From: Candidatus Microgenomates bacterium
Lineage (GTDB): Bacteria > Patescibacteriota > JACPGU01
DNA length: 64,000 nt
Direction of reading: 5' to 3'
NCBI GenBank assembly: GCA_016188915.1
Contig: JACPGU010000002.1
Span: forward strand, 85,287-149,286
The notes below the pieces were generated by a model, which was given only the letters and a program-made list of their open reading frames with translations, did no database searches and was not told where the DNA came from. Both the position numbers and the translations under genes were made by a program. Position 1 is the stretch's first letter. Every line of letters starts with the position of its first letter. Below are positions 37,430 to 47,505 of this stretch, in pieces.

Positions 37430-40213
37430 CTACATCCCCCAGTTTTTGCCCTCTTTGGTATCCACTATAAGTGGACATTTGAGCTCCAAAACGTTTTCCA
37501 TTATTTTTGAGATTTGAGATTTGAGACCTGCCCCGCCGACAGGATGGTTTGAGATTTTTCCATCGGGAATTTCAAAAACCAGTTCATCATGCACTTGCAA
37601 AATCATCTTGACCTCCGAATTTTTCGAGAGAATCTGCCGGTCTATCTCAATCATCGCCAGCTTAATAATGTCGGCGGCGGTACCTTGGATAGGCATATTA
37701 ATCGCCATCCTTTCGGCAGCTTTTCGAACTTGCACCACCGGTGAGAGGATGTCGGGTGTCGGGCGACGACGCCCGAGCAGAGTCTCCACATGCCCGTGCT
37801 CTTTGGCAAATTCTATCGTGTCATTCAGATAATCACGAACGCCAGAAAAATTTTCAAAATATTGGTCAATAAATTCTTTCGCCTCGGTCGGCGAAACACC
37901 GATAGATTGCGAAAGTCCGAAAGCGCTCATGCCATAAAGAATGCCAAAATTCACCACCTTGGCGGTGCGTCTCTGTTCTTTCGTTACTTTGTCGGCCGAC
38001 ACACCAAAGACCGCTTGCGCCGTCTCGGCATGAATATCACGCCCATCACGAAAAGCTTGGAGCATTTTCTTGTCCCCTGATAGATGCGCTACCACGCGTA
38101 ACTCAATCTGTGAATAGTCAAATTTGATTAAAACATGACCTTTTTCCGCCACGAAAGCGGAACGAATCTGTTGCCCCCATTCTTCAGAAGCGGGAATATT
38201 TTGGAGATTGGGGTCAATAGAGGAAAGGCGTCCGGTGGCCGCAATCGTCTGACTGAAATTGGTATGGATTCTCCCGTCCATGGGATTGACCGCCTTGGGG
38301 AGAGCTTCCAGATAGGTATTTTGCAATTTGGTCAGCTCTCGGTATTCCAAAATCGGCTCAATAATAGGATGCGCGCCTTTCAATTTTTCCAGTTCACCGG
38401 CAGCGGTAGAAAGTCCGGTTTTGTTTTTTTTCACAAACTCGGAAGATATTTTTAGTTTTTTGAAAAGCACTTCCGCGAGTTGTTGGGGAGAAGCGATATT
38501 GAAGTCCTCTCCTGCTAATTGATGGATTTGTTTTTCTGATTTTTTAATTTTTTCCGCGACAACCTGTGATATTTCCTTCAATTTTCCCGCGTCAATCCGC
38601 ACCCCCCACCACTCCATATCGGCCAGCACGGAAAGAAGGGGCATCTCCACATCGTAAAAAAGGTCGTTGGTCTTTCCCGTCAATCTTCCCTTCAAAACCT
38701 CGTAGAGTCGCCAGGTGAAATCCGCGTCCTCGGCGGCGTATTCGGTCGCCTCATTGACATCGGTTTCGGCAAAAGATTTTTGTTTGGCGCCGGCGCCAAT
38801 GAGCGCGGTAATCGGAATCATCTGATGACCAAATTCAATGAAAGCCATATTGTCCAACGAATGTCCGCGTCTGACCGGATCGAGACAGTAAGAAGCGAGC
38901 ATGGTGTCAAAATAAATCCCCGTCATCTTCACCCCCGCTTTTCTGATGGCGAGCATGTCGTATTTGATATTTTGGCCGATTTTTTTTATTTTTTCGTTTT
39001 CTAGAATGGGTCGCAAGGTCTCTAAAACTGATTTTTTCGGCAATTGTTGCCCTTTGCTGTGTCCAACGGGGATATAATATCCCTCGCCCGCTTTCCAGGA
39101 AAAAGAAAGGCCGACCAATTCGGAATCCAGCGCGCCGAGAGCCGATGTCTCGGTATCTATGGCAAATTCTTTCTGCTTTTTTAATTCTTTGAGAAATTCT
39201 CCGAACGACCGCTGGTCATTGACGAGAATATAGTTGTTATTTAATTTCTTAATTTCTTCTTTTTTTAATTTCTTATCAAAAAGGGTCAGCTCATCTTGTT
39301 TACTTACGCTTTTTGATCCCTCGCCCATCAGCTTCAGCAACCTCGGCATTAGCGAGCGAAATTCAAATTTTTGGAAAGTGGCCGTCGCTTTCCCGAAATC
39401 CACATCCGTCAACTCGCACGCGGGCAATACCAATTTGATCGGCGCTTCTCTGTTGATTGTTGCCAATTTTTGCGATAGATAAGCATTTTCTTTATCAGCC
39501 AGCAGTTTTTCCTTCACCGCATCCGAGAACCCAAAATCCTTGCCTCCCACCGCCTCGTAAACGCTATCTAATGTCTGGTATTTTTGCAAAAGGTCGGTTG
39601 CGGTCTTTTCTCCTATCCCCTTCACCCCCGGGATATTGTCCGAAGCGTCACCTCGAAGCGCCTTGTAGTCCACTACTTGCGACGGCGTCAAACCCATCTT
39701 TTCCACCACCCCTTTCTCATCGTAAACGATGGTGTCCTTGATGCCTTTTTTCAAAGTGTAAACGAAAGTATTGTCGTCCACCAGCTGCAAAGTGTCCATA
39801 TCGCCAGTCACAATATAGGTATCCACACCAAGATTTTTTTCGTCAATCTTGGCGCACAATGTGCCGATGATGTCATCGGCCTCAAAGCCCTGTAGCTCAA
39901 AAATGGGGATATTGAGCGAGACCAAAACCTCCTGCGCCATCGGGATTTGTTCGTACAGCTCATCGGGAGCTTTGACGCGAGTGGCCTTGTAGTCGGCGTA
40001 TTCTTCGTGCCGGAAGGTGGGCCCAGCCATATCAAAAGTAGCGGCAATATAGTCGGGCTTGGTATCCTCAATGGCCTTCAAAAGCGTGGAGGTAAAGCCA
40101 TAGACCGCCCCGATAGGTCGGCCGTCTCTGGTGCGAAGATTGGGTATCGCGTGAAACGCCCGATGCACGAGCGCGTTGGAATCGATTAAGAGAAATTTCT
40201 TGTTCTTGGGCAT
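37430..40213 (-). CDS. polA: DNA polymerase I
   Basis: 927 aa. Has a 5'-3' exonuclease N-terminus, a 3'-5' exonuclease-like middle domain and a polymerase domain with RRTAKVVNFGILYGMSAFGLSQ (motif B) and VHDELVFEIPDG (motif C). Confidence 0.9.
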   Translation of the reverse strand: MPKNKKFLLIDSNALVHRAFHAIPNLRTRDGRPIGAVYGFTSTLLKAIEDTKPDYIAATFDMAGPTFRHEEYADYKATRVKAPDELYEQIPMAQEVLVSLNIPIFELQGFEADDIIGTLCAKIDEKNLGVDTYIVTGDMDTLQLVDDNTFVYTLKKGIKDTIVYDEKGVVEKMGLTPSQVVDYKALRGDASDNIPGVKGIGEKTATDLLQKYQTLDSVYEAVGGKDFGFSDAVKEKLLADKENAYLSQKLATINREAPIKLVLPACELTDVDFGKATATFQKFEFRSLMPRLLKLMGEGSKSVSKQDELTLFDKKLKKEEIKKLNNNYILVNDQRSFGEFLKELKKQKEFAIDTETSALGALDSELVGLSFSWKAGEGYYIPVGHSKGQQLPKKSVLETLRPILENEKIKKIGQNIKYDMLAIRKAGVKMTGIYFDTMLASYCLDPVRRGHSLDNMAFIEFGHQMIPITALIGAGAKQKSFAETDVNEATEYAAEDADFTWRLYEVLKGRLTGKTNDLFYDVEMPLLSVLADMEWWGVRIDAGKLKEISQVVAEKIKKSEKQIHQLAGEDFNIASPQQLAEVLFKKLKISSEFVKKNKTGLSTAAGELEKLKGAHPIIEPILEYRELTKLQNTYLEALPKAVNPMDGRIHTNFSQTIAATGRLSSIDPNLQNIPASEEWGQQIRSAFVAEKGHVLIKFDYSQIELRVVAHLSGDKKMLQAFRDGRDIHAETAQAVFGVSADKVTKEQRRTAKVVNFGILYGMSAFGLSQSIGVSPTEAKEFIDQYFENFSGVRDYLNDTIEFAKEHGHVETLLGRRRPTPDILSPVVQVRKAAERMAINMPIQGTAADIIKLAMIEIDRQILSKNSEVKMILQVHDELVFEIPDGKISNHPVGGAGLKSQISKIMENVLELKCPLIVDTKEGKNWGM
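37506..37560. repeat. heptamer-repeat/palindromic mini-element embedded in-frame near polA 3' end (copy D)
   Basis: TTTGAGATTTGAGATTTGAGA, then the hairpin CCTG-ccccgccga-CAGG, then GATGGTTTGAGATTTTT. It encodes GKISNHPVGGAGLKSQISKI in the variable linker after VHDELVFEIP. The hairpin core CCTGCCYCGCCGRCAGG is shared with copy A. Confidence 0.55.
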
Positions 40214-40341
40214 AGATTATAGCTTTACTGGCTAGAATCTATTATACTAGATTGTGAAGAATATGAAAATGTCAGAACAGAGTTCCGATTAGCGCGGGAT
40301 AATGACTGTCTATAATACTCAATATACTGCCCTTATGCGAA

Positions 40342-40680
40342 TTGTCTTCGCATAAAAACGAGTTCTGCAAAATTAATTTTTATTTCTTTTTTATGAACAA
40401 TGAGTTACCGCCACACAATATTGAGAAAGGCTTTTCTCAGATCGAAGCCGAGATGAAGAAAAGAGGATTTGTTTATGCTGGATTAGAAAGTTTAACAAAA
40501 TTTAAGTTTAGCGATGGGGCCAAATTCAATGCTGTACCAACCCAAACAAAGGATGATGTTGTCGGCAAGTATATTCAGAAATATAAAAAGGAGGGTGTTG
40601 ATATTGAAATTGAGCTAATAGACAAGACCGGAATGGACGAACGACAACAATCCGTTTATGTATTTATAAGAAAGAAATAA
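40342..40680 (+). CDS. hypothetical protein
   Basis: 112 aa, no motif. Confidence 0.35.
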   Translation: MSSHKNEFCKINFYFFFMNNELPPHNIEKGFSQIEAEMKKRGFVYAGLESLTKFKFSDGAKFNAVPTQTKDDVVGKYIQKYKKEGVDIEIELIDKTGMDERQQSVYVFIRKK

Positions 40681-41068
40681 AAATTAACTTCGCAGAACAC
40701 GGCATATCTGGTTCGCTCCTGCCGTCGCTCACTTCTTCGCCCATCATTCTTCGCTTTCAGCTACGAATGACACGGACTACGAAGCGCACAGCGTCCATAT
40801 TTCAGGCTCTTTTCTACATTTAATATTGAAGGGGAGTCAGATACTAACTAGTTTTGGATATAATTGGATATGGTTAAAATATCCGATTAAAAAATTAGTT
40901 TTTTTCTTTTGACATAATATTAACTAAGTGCTGATATAGTTTATATTGCTATTCTTAATGTAAAAATGTAAACTAAAATTAAAGTATTTTTGGCTTGGGC
41001 ATTCACCCCCCCCTAATTCCCCTCTGCCCTTCGCCCAAAACAAAAATTTTACCTGTTCTTTAAAATAA

Positions 41069-41290
41069 TTGACGACAACTGCTGTTAGAAAAATAAAATC
41101 GCGAAAGGATATCACTGTGATTAGCGTAGATGACCTTCTCGACATGATAACAACCGAAGCCATAACACCACTCTCGCACGAGTGTCGCGTTTGTGGTCAT
41201 ATTTTTTCACCAGACGGAGAAGGGTGTCCTGTTTGCGGCAAAAACGGCGTAGCCTCACCTCTTCCCCGCCAAGATCACCAAAACAAGTAA
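41069..41290 (+). CDS. small zinc-ribbon protein
   Basis: 73 aa. CRVCGH...(12 aa)...CPVCG. Confidence 0.35.
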   Translation: MTTTAVRKIKSRKDITVISVDDLLDMITTEAITPLSHECRVCGHIFSPDGEGCPVCGKNGVASPLPRQDHQNK

Positions 41291-41420
41291 TTCGTCAATC
41301 TGTGGCAACTTGCTTACAAAAAAATATGGCTTTGGCCATATTTTTACTTACTTTAAAAACTTATCCTTAACCATCAAAAAGACCTTCTCCGAAGGTCTTT
41401 TTTGCGAAAAGCTAGAAATC

Positions 41421-41663
41421 TCACCGAAAATGTCGATGAAACAGCGGGCGACATAATACAAAACGACAACCGCCAGACCTTTCGATCCTGTCAAGATACA
41501 TGCCGACTTTGAGATTGGCTATTCTTAGTTCTCTATCTATTCTTTCGGCAAATTTTGGATCATCTCTAAGCTTTCTTTCATGTTCATTGAGAGCTTTCAC
41601 GATTTCGTTCATCTTTTCTGCCGATAATTCTCCTGACGAAGTTTTTAAAGGTCTTTTTCTCAT
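41421..41663 (-). CDS. hypothetical small protein (doubtful)
   Basis: 80-aa ORF downstream of the Mur ligase gene. The charged helical N-half looks plausible but the C-terminal tail is odd. No motif. Confidence 0.2.
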   Translation of the reverse strand: MRKRPLKTSSGELSAEKMNEIVKALNEHERKLRDDPKFAERIDRELRIANLKVGMYLDRIERSGGCRFVLCRPLFHRHFR

Positions 41664-41698
41664 CTTTCCCTCTCCTTAGCAGTAGTTTAACCTTCAAA

Positions 41699-43039
41699 CT
41701 ATCTCAAATATTTCAACACCACTTCACGATCGTTGAAAGGGACTATCTTGCCCATCACATTCATCCCGACCTCCGAACCTTTGCCGGTTATCACCACCAC
41801 ATCGCCATCGCCATGCGCCATCAGCAGAGCTTTCTCTATCGCGTGTTCGCGATTGATAATAATTTCATAATCCTCTCCTTCTTTTTTGTCGTTATCTTTG
41901 AAGCCATTCGCTATCTCTCTTACTATTCCATACGGATCATCAAAATAAGGGTCTTCGTTAGTTAGAATAGAATAATCAGCGTAACCCGAAACCACTTGCC
42001 CCATCGGTGCTCTTTTGCCCTTATCTCTCCCGCCACCACAAGCACCAAAAACAGCTACTATTTTACCTTTGTAAAGCGCTCTAATGGTAGCATAGAGGCC
42101 TCGCAAAGAATCGGGAGTCAGGGCATAATCAATGATGACATCATAGCCTTTTTTGCTAGATAATTTTTCCATTCGACCACTTACTCCCAAAAAATCCCCA
42201 AGATTTGCCGCCAAACTGTCCCAAGAAAAACCCGCCAAATGACCCACTGCTGCTGCTGCCAAAAGATTGTAGACATTTACCTCTCCCAAAAGAGGGGATA
42301 TGATTTCTGCCTTTTCTCCTCCCAGGCTTATATTAAAGGTCAATTCTTTTTGGCTTTGTTTTACATCGCTGGCTAAAATAACTTTTTCGGCAAAAAGAGA
42401 AGGTTTATTTTTTACTGAAAAGCCCATCTTGTAATCAGCGCCAAATTTCAAAAAGCTATCGGCATGCTGATCGTCTGTATTGGCAATGATAGTTTTTTTA
42501 GCCAATCCCGTCGCGGGAAAAGCTATTTTTTTCCTGGCAGATTTACCTAAACTGGCAAATATTTTTTGTTTAGCTTTTTTGTATTTTTCAAAACTGCCAT
42601 GCGACTCTATGTGCTCTGGCGAAAGATTGGTAAAAACCAATATATCAAAATTGATGCCAAAAACACGATGACTTGCTACCCCCTCAGATGACACTTCCAG
42701 CACAGCTACCCGGCAGCCGTTTTTGACCATTTTGGAAAGCATACTTTGCATTCCAAAACGCCCCAGCATTGTATTTTTGGTTTTGTTAATCCATTCTTTG
42801 TTGCCGATTTTAAAATTGGCCGTAGAGATCAAACCAGATCTTATCCCGCCCGACTGCAAAATCCAATGGATAGCATTAACCGTAGAAGTCTTGCCATTAG
42901 TACCGGTTACGCCAACAACCAATAGATTTTTGGAAGGATTGAGGTAAAAAAGAGCCGCCGCCAAAGACCAGGCAAAATAATACCAAGAAAAAACAAATCT
43001 TGGCGTAAAGCGCCGGATAAATTCTTTAATTTTTTTCAT
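41699..43039 (-). CDS. Mur ligase family protein (MurE-like) with N-terminal TM segment
   Basis: 446 aa. ATP-binding motif VGVTGTNGKTSTVNAIHWIL. Mur ligase middle and C-terminal regions follow. An unusual hydrophobic N-terminus FVFSWYYFAWSLAAALFYLN precedes them. Confidence 0.65.
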   Translation of the reverse strand: MKKIKEFIRRFTPRFVFSWYYFAWSLAAALFYLNPSKNLLVVGVTGTNGKTSTVNAIHWILQSGGIRSGLISTANFKIGNKEWINKTKNTMLGRFGMQSMLSKMVKNGCRVAVLEVSSEGVASHRVFGINFDILVFTNLSPEHIESHGSFEKYKKAKQKIFASLGKSARKKIAFPATGLAKKTIIANTDDQHADSFLKFGADYKMGFSVKNKPSLFAEKVILASDVKQSQKELTFNISLGGEKAEIISPLLGEVNVYNLLAAAAVGHLAGFSWDSLAANLGDFLGVSGRMEKLSSKKGYDVIIDYALTPDSLRGLYATIRALYKGKIVAVFGACGGGRDKGKRAPMGQVVSGYADYSILTNEDPYFDDPYGIVREIANGFKDNDKKEGEDYEIIINREHAIEKALLMAHGDGDVVVITGKGSEVGMNVMGKIVPFNDREVVLKYLR

Positions 43040-43118
43040 AATGCTATTCTACCTTTTTTTATAAAAAAAAGAAGCACTCTCGGCTCCCCCCTTAATCAGA
43101 TCAAGCCCAACAGAAACA

Positions 43119-43907
43119 CTACCAGCTTTTGCGTATTAACTCTTTGATTTTTTCTTCACTGGTCCGATAAACATTGTCCGAAAAATAGTAAGCGCCAGCG
43201 TAGGAAGAGAGCAAAATACCTAAAGCAACTACTAAATAGCCCAAAAAATATTGCGAGGAAAAAGAAACGACAAAACCATCGATTATAATAGCAAAGAAAA
43301 ATTTGACCGCAAAATATAGAAAGAAAGTTTTTTTGAATAGAGAGTGCCAGATTTTAAATGGCCAAACATTCAAAAGATAACGCAAGAAAAGATAGGAAAT
43401 AACCGCCCCCCAGATAAAACTCCATAAAACACTGGCGACTAAAGATCCCAGTCCAACATAAAGGATAAAGACATCAGGCAACGCTAAAGCGCCTAAAGCA
43501 CCAAAATTAATAGCTACCTTAGGATAAACTATTTGCCCGCCAAAATACTGAAAAACAAAAGTCAAAATAGTGACGATAGCAAAAGACAGCGCGCCATATT
43601 TGACAGCAGCCAGATAAAGCTCTCTCTCGCCCGGAGATACTTTGAGCAGTTTGAGCAGAGCGTATAAAACATCATCGGCTTTTTGACGATAGTTCCCTGA
43701 GCCACGCAAATGAGCACTAGGGGAAGAAAGGTCATCTGGCTGAATAACTATTTTTTTGTTTTTTTCATCGGCTTCTTCAATGAAAGCCAGCGCTTCTTCT
43801 ATCTCGGAGATAGCAATACCTTGCTTTAACAAGCCCTTTTTTAGCTTTTCGGTGCCATAATCATCTAGATTGTTTCTGATGTAGGCGATTAGTTCGCTGT
43901 CAGGCAT
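43119..43907 (-). CDS. hypothetical polytopic membrane protein
   Basis: 262 aa. A soluble 90-aa N-terminus is followed by about 5 TM helices. Confidence 0.45.
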   Translation of the reverse strand: MPDSELIAYIRNNLDDYGTEKLKKGLLKQGIAISEIEEALAFIEEADEKNKKIVIQPDDLSSPSAHLRGSGNYRQKADDVLYALLKLLKVSPGERELYLAAVKYGALSFAIVTILTFVFQYFGGQIVYPKVAINFGALGALALPDVFILYVGLGSLVASVLWSFIWGAVISYLFLRYLLNVWPFKIWHSLFKKTFFLYFAVKFFFAIIIDGFVVSFSSQYFLGYLVVALGILLSSYAGAYYFSDNVYRTSEEKIKELIRKSW

Positions 43908-43976
43908 AGGATAAAAATTAGATATTTGCCACTATTTTACCTTTTTTCGTAAAGTTTGGCAAAATCTTGAAAAAAA

Positions 43977-46055
43977 TTATTCCGGACGTAATTTTTCCAT
44001 CTCGGTTAATTGCTTCGGAGAAGTAGTGATAATTTGATCTTCAGTATAGGAAGCAGTCACCTTTATGGCCACATGATTGACCCCGGCAAAAAATAATCCC
44101 TCTCCCACACGCGACTCCAAAAGCAAGGCTTTTTCGCCTTCGGTCAGATTAAAAGTCGTCCCCACAGACTCAATAGAAGCAGGAGACTGTTTCAAAAGAA
44201 GTTGCATGGAAGAGTTCGTTACGATTGCCCGACCATATTTTGAGCCCAAAAAATCTTCCACATCTTGTGTTATGGTAGTCAGTCCCAAAAAATATTTGCG
44301 GGCTCTTTTGGCGATAGAAAAAATGAATTTGGCCGCGTCTTCGTTCTCCATCATCAACCATGCCTCGTCTACTATGAGCATTCTTTTTCTTCTCTCGGCC
44401 CTGACTCTGGCCCAAATGTAATCCAAAATCATATACATCGCAATCGGCCGAAGAGAGGTCTCCAAATCACGGATATTAAAAACCACGAAACCTTTGTGCA
44501 AATCAATATTGGTCGGTTTATTAAAAATCCCCGCGAAAGTACCAGAAACGTATTTTTCCATCCTTTGCGCTAAAGACAAACCATTTTGTGTTCTCAATAA
44601 TAGATTATACAAATCCCCCATCAAAGGAGCAGGGTTTTTTTGTGATTTGGGATCTTTGGTAATTCCCTTACTCATATAAACTTCCAATAGGGAGTGCTCT
44701 ATGATAGCGTCTTCTTCGTTATTCAATTTACCAAGCAGAAGGTTGATTAATCCTTTGACGGTAATAATAGTGGCACGCAAATTATCTTCTCCAATATCCT
44801 CCGTGGCATCATCAGCCAAAGGCGGGACATCAAATGGATTGATACGTTCATTGGAGGAAAGAGAAAAATTCAGATAACTGCCACCCACTATACGACAAAG
44901 ATTTTGATATTCATTTTCTGGGTCAATAACCATCACGTCTACCCCCAACATCATATAGCGCAAAGCTTCTAATTTTACCGCGTAAGACTTACCGCCTCCA
45001 GACTTAGCAAAAACTACTGAATTGGCGTTTTCCAGCTCCTCAAAGCGGTCAAAAATAATCAAGCCACGATTGTGCCTATTGATGCCGTACATGATGCCTT
45101 TATTGCCAGTTAAATCCATGGAAGTGAAGGGGAAGCTGGTGGACAAAGACCCCGTATCCATATTGCGACGAATGTCCAAAAGATCCGCGCCCTGTGGAAT
45201 GGTAGAGCGAAAGCCTTGTGCCATCTGGAAATTGGCCCTTTTGGTGTAGATAAGATTGCCGCCCAAGGTTGTCTCTATATTTTTGGTAATTAGCTCCAAA
45301 TCATCTAAAGTTTTGGCATAAATCGTAAAATAAAGGCAAAAATGAAATAATTTTTCCTCACCGCGCGAGAGTCTGTCGCGCAGATCTTCAATGTCTTGCA
45401 TGGCTGTTTCCAGCTCGGGATTTCTAACCAGACCCTTCTGCGCTTCAATAGACAGGGCAGATTCTACTTGGCCCGATCTTTTACGCAAAGTATCCAGTGC
45501 TCCGCGCGACTCTATCGGATAAATAAACATGCCGATATCAATGGTTTGATCAATATTGATAATGGGAGATAGCCAATTAGGGAAAATGTAGCGCGGATAA
45601 TTAAAAACGAAAAGAGTACGCACATAATAATCGTTAAGCATCAGATAGGAAGGCAAGGCCTGCAAGGAAGAAGGAGAGATTAAGTCACGAATAGAGGCCA
45701 AACCTTTTTCATAAGTTTCCTGCGCTTCTTTTTCTCTTTTTATTTGCTCTTGTTTTTTGTGTTCCGTCTCTTTTTGACGAGCCAATTCTTCAGGGCTCAT
45801 TTTTGGCCCAAACAAAGAAAATCCTTTTGGAGGAGACGCTGGCGATGGTGAAATAGGCGCGGGAGGAGGAGTAACCGGAGCAGGGCTTGGGCTAGAAGCC
45901 TTGGGAGCGCTCTGATAGGCCGAATAGATGCCAGCCGGAGCAGAAACAGGAATAGTAGAAGCAGGCGCGCTTTGTGGCGGCTTGATTGCGTCAAAAGTTT
46001 TTTGATTTTGGTTGTCTGGTTTTGATTCGGGCATAATCTCTCCACGATCTAACAA
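43977..46055 (-). CDS. VirB4/TraC/PrgJ-family type IV secretion ATPase-like protein
   Basis: 692 aa. Walker A VVFAKSGGGKSYAVKLEALRYMMLGVDVMVIDPENEYQNL. Walker B RKRMLIVDEAWLMMENEDAAKFI. About 100 aa of Pro/Ser/Ala-rich low-complexity N-terminus. Confidence 0.65.
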   Translation of the reverse strand: MLDRGEIMPESKPDNQNQKTFDAIKPPQSAPASTIPVSAPAGIYSAYQSAPKASSPSPAPVTPPPAPISPSPASPPKGFSLFGPKMSPEELARQKETEHKKQEQIKREKEAQETYEKGLASIRDLISPSSLQALPSYLMLNDYYVRTLFVFNYPRYIFPNWLSPIINIDQTIDIGMFIYPIESRGALDTLRKRSGQVESALSIEAQKGLVRNPELETAMQDIEDLRDRLSRGEEKLFHFCLYFTIYAKTLDDLELITKNIETTLGGNLIYTKRANFQMAQGFRSTIPQGADLLDIRRNMDTGSLSTSFPFTSMDLTGNKGIMYGINRHNRGLIIFDRFEELENANSVVFAKSGGGKSYAVKLEALRYMMLGVDVMVIDPENEYQNLCRIVGGSYLNFSLSSNERINPFDVPPLADDATEDIGEDNLRATIITVKGLINLLLGKLNNEEDAIIEHSLLEVYMSKGITKDPKSQKNPAPLMGDLYNLLLRTQNGLSLAQRMEKYVSGTFAGIFNKPTNIDLHKGFVVFNIRDLETSLRPIAMYMILDYIWARVRAERRKRMLIVDEAWLMMENEDAAKFIFSIAKRARKYFLGLTTITQDVEDFLGSKYGRAIVTNSSMQLLLKQSPASIESVGTTFNLTEGEKALLLESRVGEGLFFAGVNHVAIKVTASYTEDQIITTSPKQLTEMEKLRPE

Positions 46056-46069
46056 TATAACGATTTTAT

Positions 46070-46798
46070 TTATCCTATCTCCATCTCTTCTGGCAATTTT
46101 TCTATAATCTCGGCCTCCATCTGCGAAGGATCAATTAATTTTTGCGTCACCGCCTGATCGGGATTGTAGGTGCCATAAAAAAGCTCAATTAGGTCCTGGC
46201 TGACTAATTGCGAGATTTTTATACCCACTCCCTGCAAACCACTGGCCGTAGTAGCTACTTTTTGCATCAAATATTTTCTTTCATCAACAAAATTATTTAC
46301 AGCCACCGTCCCTTTGGCCCCAAAAAATCGACTCATTCCACCAATCTTGGCTACTCCGGCAGGATAATGGGAAATAACTACAAAAAATCTTTTTTGCATA
46401 ATGTTGGATTGCGTAATCAGCTCGCGAACATAATTAATATATTCTGCCATCTGCGTTCGCAAAAGCTCATTGGATTCTTGGTTTTTTCTTTCCTCAATAG
46501 TTTTCAAATAAACATCCAAATCCAGTCTCCTGGATTGCAATACTATCTGAATAGGAAAATCCAAAGAATTCAAAAAGCTTTGATAGCCATAAATAATAGA
46601 GTCGCGCTCTATCTCTGATTTCAATTCAAAATTGACTGCCGAACACATCAAAACAGCCTTCATACTACCGTCTTTTAGGATCAGAATGCCTTCGCGTATT
46701 TGATCAATATCTAAAAAAGACTGAGTGGCTGTGCTTTTTGCGGTCGATGCTTCCAGCGACGGATTGGTAATATTTTTTTGTGTTTTATTATCTGCCAT
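46070..46798 (-). CDS. hypothetical protein co-operonic with T4SS-like genes
   Basis: 242 aa, no TM helix, no motif. There is a 14-nt gap to the ATPase gene. Confidence 0.4.
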   Translation of the reverse strand: MADNKTQKNITNPSLEASTAKSTATQSFLDIDQIREGILILKDGSMKAVLMCSAVNFELKSEIERDSIIYGYQSFLNSLDFPIQIVLQSRRLDLDVYLKTIEERKNQESNELLRTQMAEYINYVRELITQSNIMQKRFFVVISHYPAGVAKIGGMSRFFGAKGTVAVNNFVDERKYLMQKVATTASGLQGVGIKISQLVSQDLIELFYGTYNPDQAVTQKLIDPSQMEAEIIEKLPEEMEIG

Positions 46799-46851
46799 CA
46801 GAATATTTGATTATTTGCCTACTTGATTAGTTGATTACTTGTTTGCTCCTA

Positions 46852-47478
46852 TCATTTCTTTGCTATCACGCCAGACAATGATGCCGCCAGATCTCGGAAG
46901 TCAGTGGTCTCTCTAGGGGTCACTGTCACATTTTCCAAAGCTTGCTCCAGGTCAGAAAAAACATCCTCCAAATCTTCTTCTATATTAGCATCTGCCACCG
47001 GGGCATTGGCAACTCCAACAATACGATCGGGGCTTATGCTACCACCTACCGCTCCGTGCGTATCCATAATGGTAGCCAATTCCGCCAAACGTGACTCTAT
47101 TATCCCGCTAGCCGCTTGACGGGCAATACCTTTTTTAGATTCTTCTGATTCAACCACTGACTGAGTTACCATATTTTTTACCCTTACCGATTTTTGCCAA
47201 GTTTTAATCTTCGGCTCTATAGTAAAAGCAGTAAAGAAAAGTAAAAAGTCCAAAAATGGCCTCTCATTAATTTTGACAAAGATCAAAGCGAAGCTCAAAG
47301 TAACCACCGGCAAAGCCAAAATAATGAAAAGGAGAAAGTTAGTAGAAGCAATAGCCAGATAAAGGACATAGGTAATCGCGCCACCCCCCACCATATACAA
47401 AAATTGCTTGAGCGTAAAGGGCCCGAATATTTTGTCTTCAATATCTATATTTTGCGGTATTTTATAATTGTCTTGCAT
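46852..47478 (-). CDS. PrgI/VirB3-like small two-TM protein
   Basis: 208 aa. The N-terminus ...KIFGPFTLKQFLYMVGGGAITYVLYLAIA is followed by a second TM helix, matching the PrgI-family pattern. The C-terminal 100 aa are acidic. Confidence 0.5.
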   Translation of the reverse strand: MQDNYKIPQNIDIEDKIFGPFTLKQFLYMVGGGAITYVLYLAIASTNFLLFIILALPVVTLSFALIFVKINERPFLDFLLFFTAFTIEPKIKTWQKSVRVKNMVTQSVVESEESKKGIARQAASGIIESRLAELATIMDTHGAVGGSISPDRIVGVANAPVADANIEEDLEDVFSDLEQALENVTVTPRETTDFRDLAASLSGVIAKK

Positions 47479-47505
47479 AAAAATTAACTAAAATCATTAC
47501 CTCGT

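Noticed and set aside
40890-40930. TTGACA-17 nt-TGATAT promoter-like sequence upstream of the small Zn-ribbon ORF
   Set aside because: The -10 match is poor. Several equally weak alternatives exist in this AT-rich spacer.
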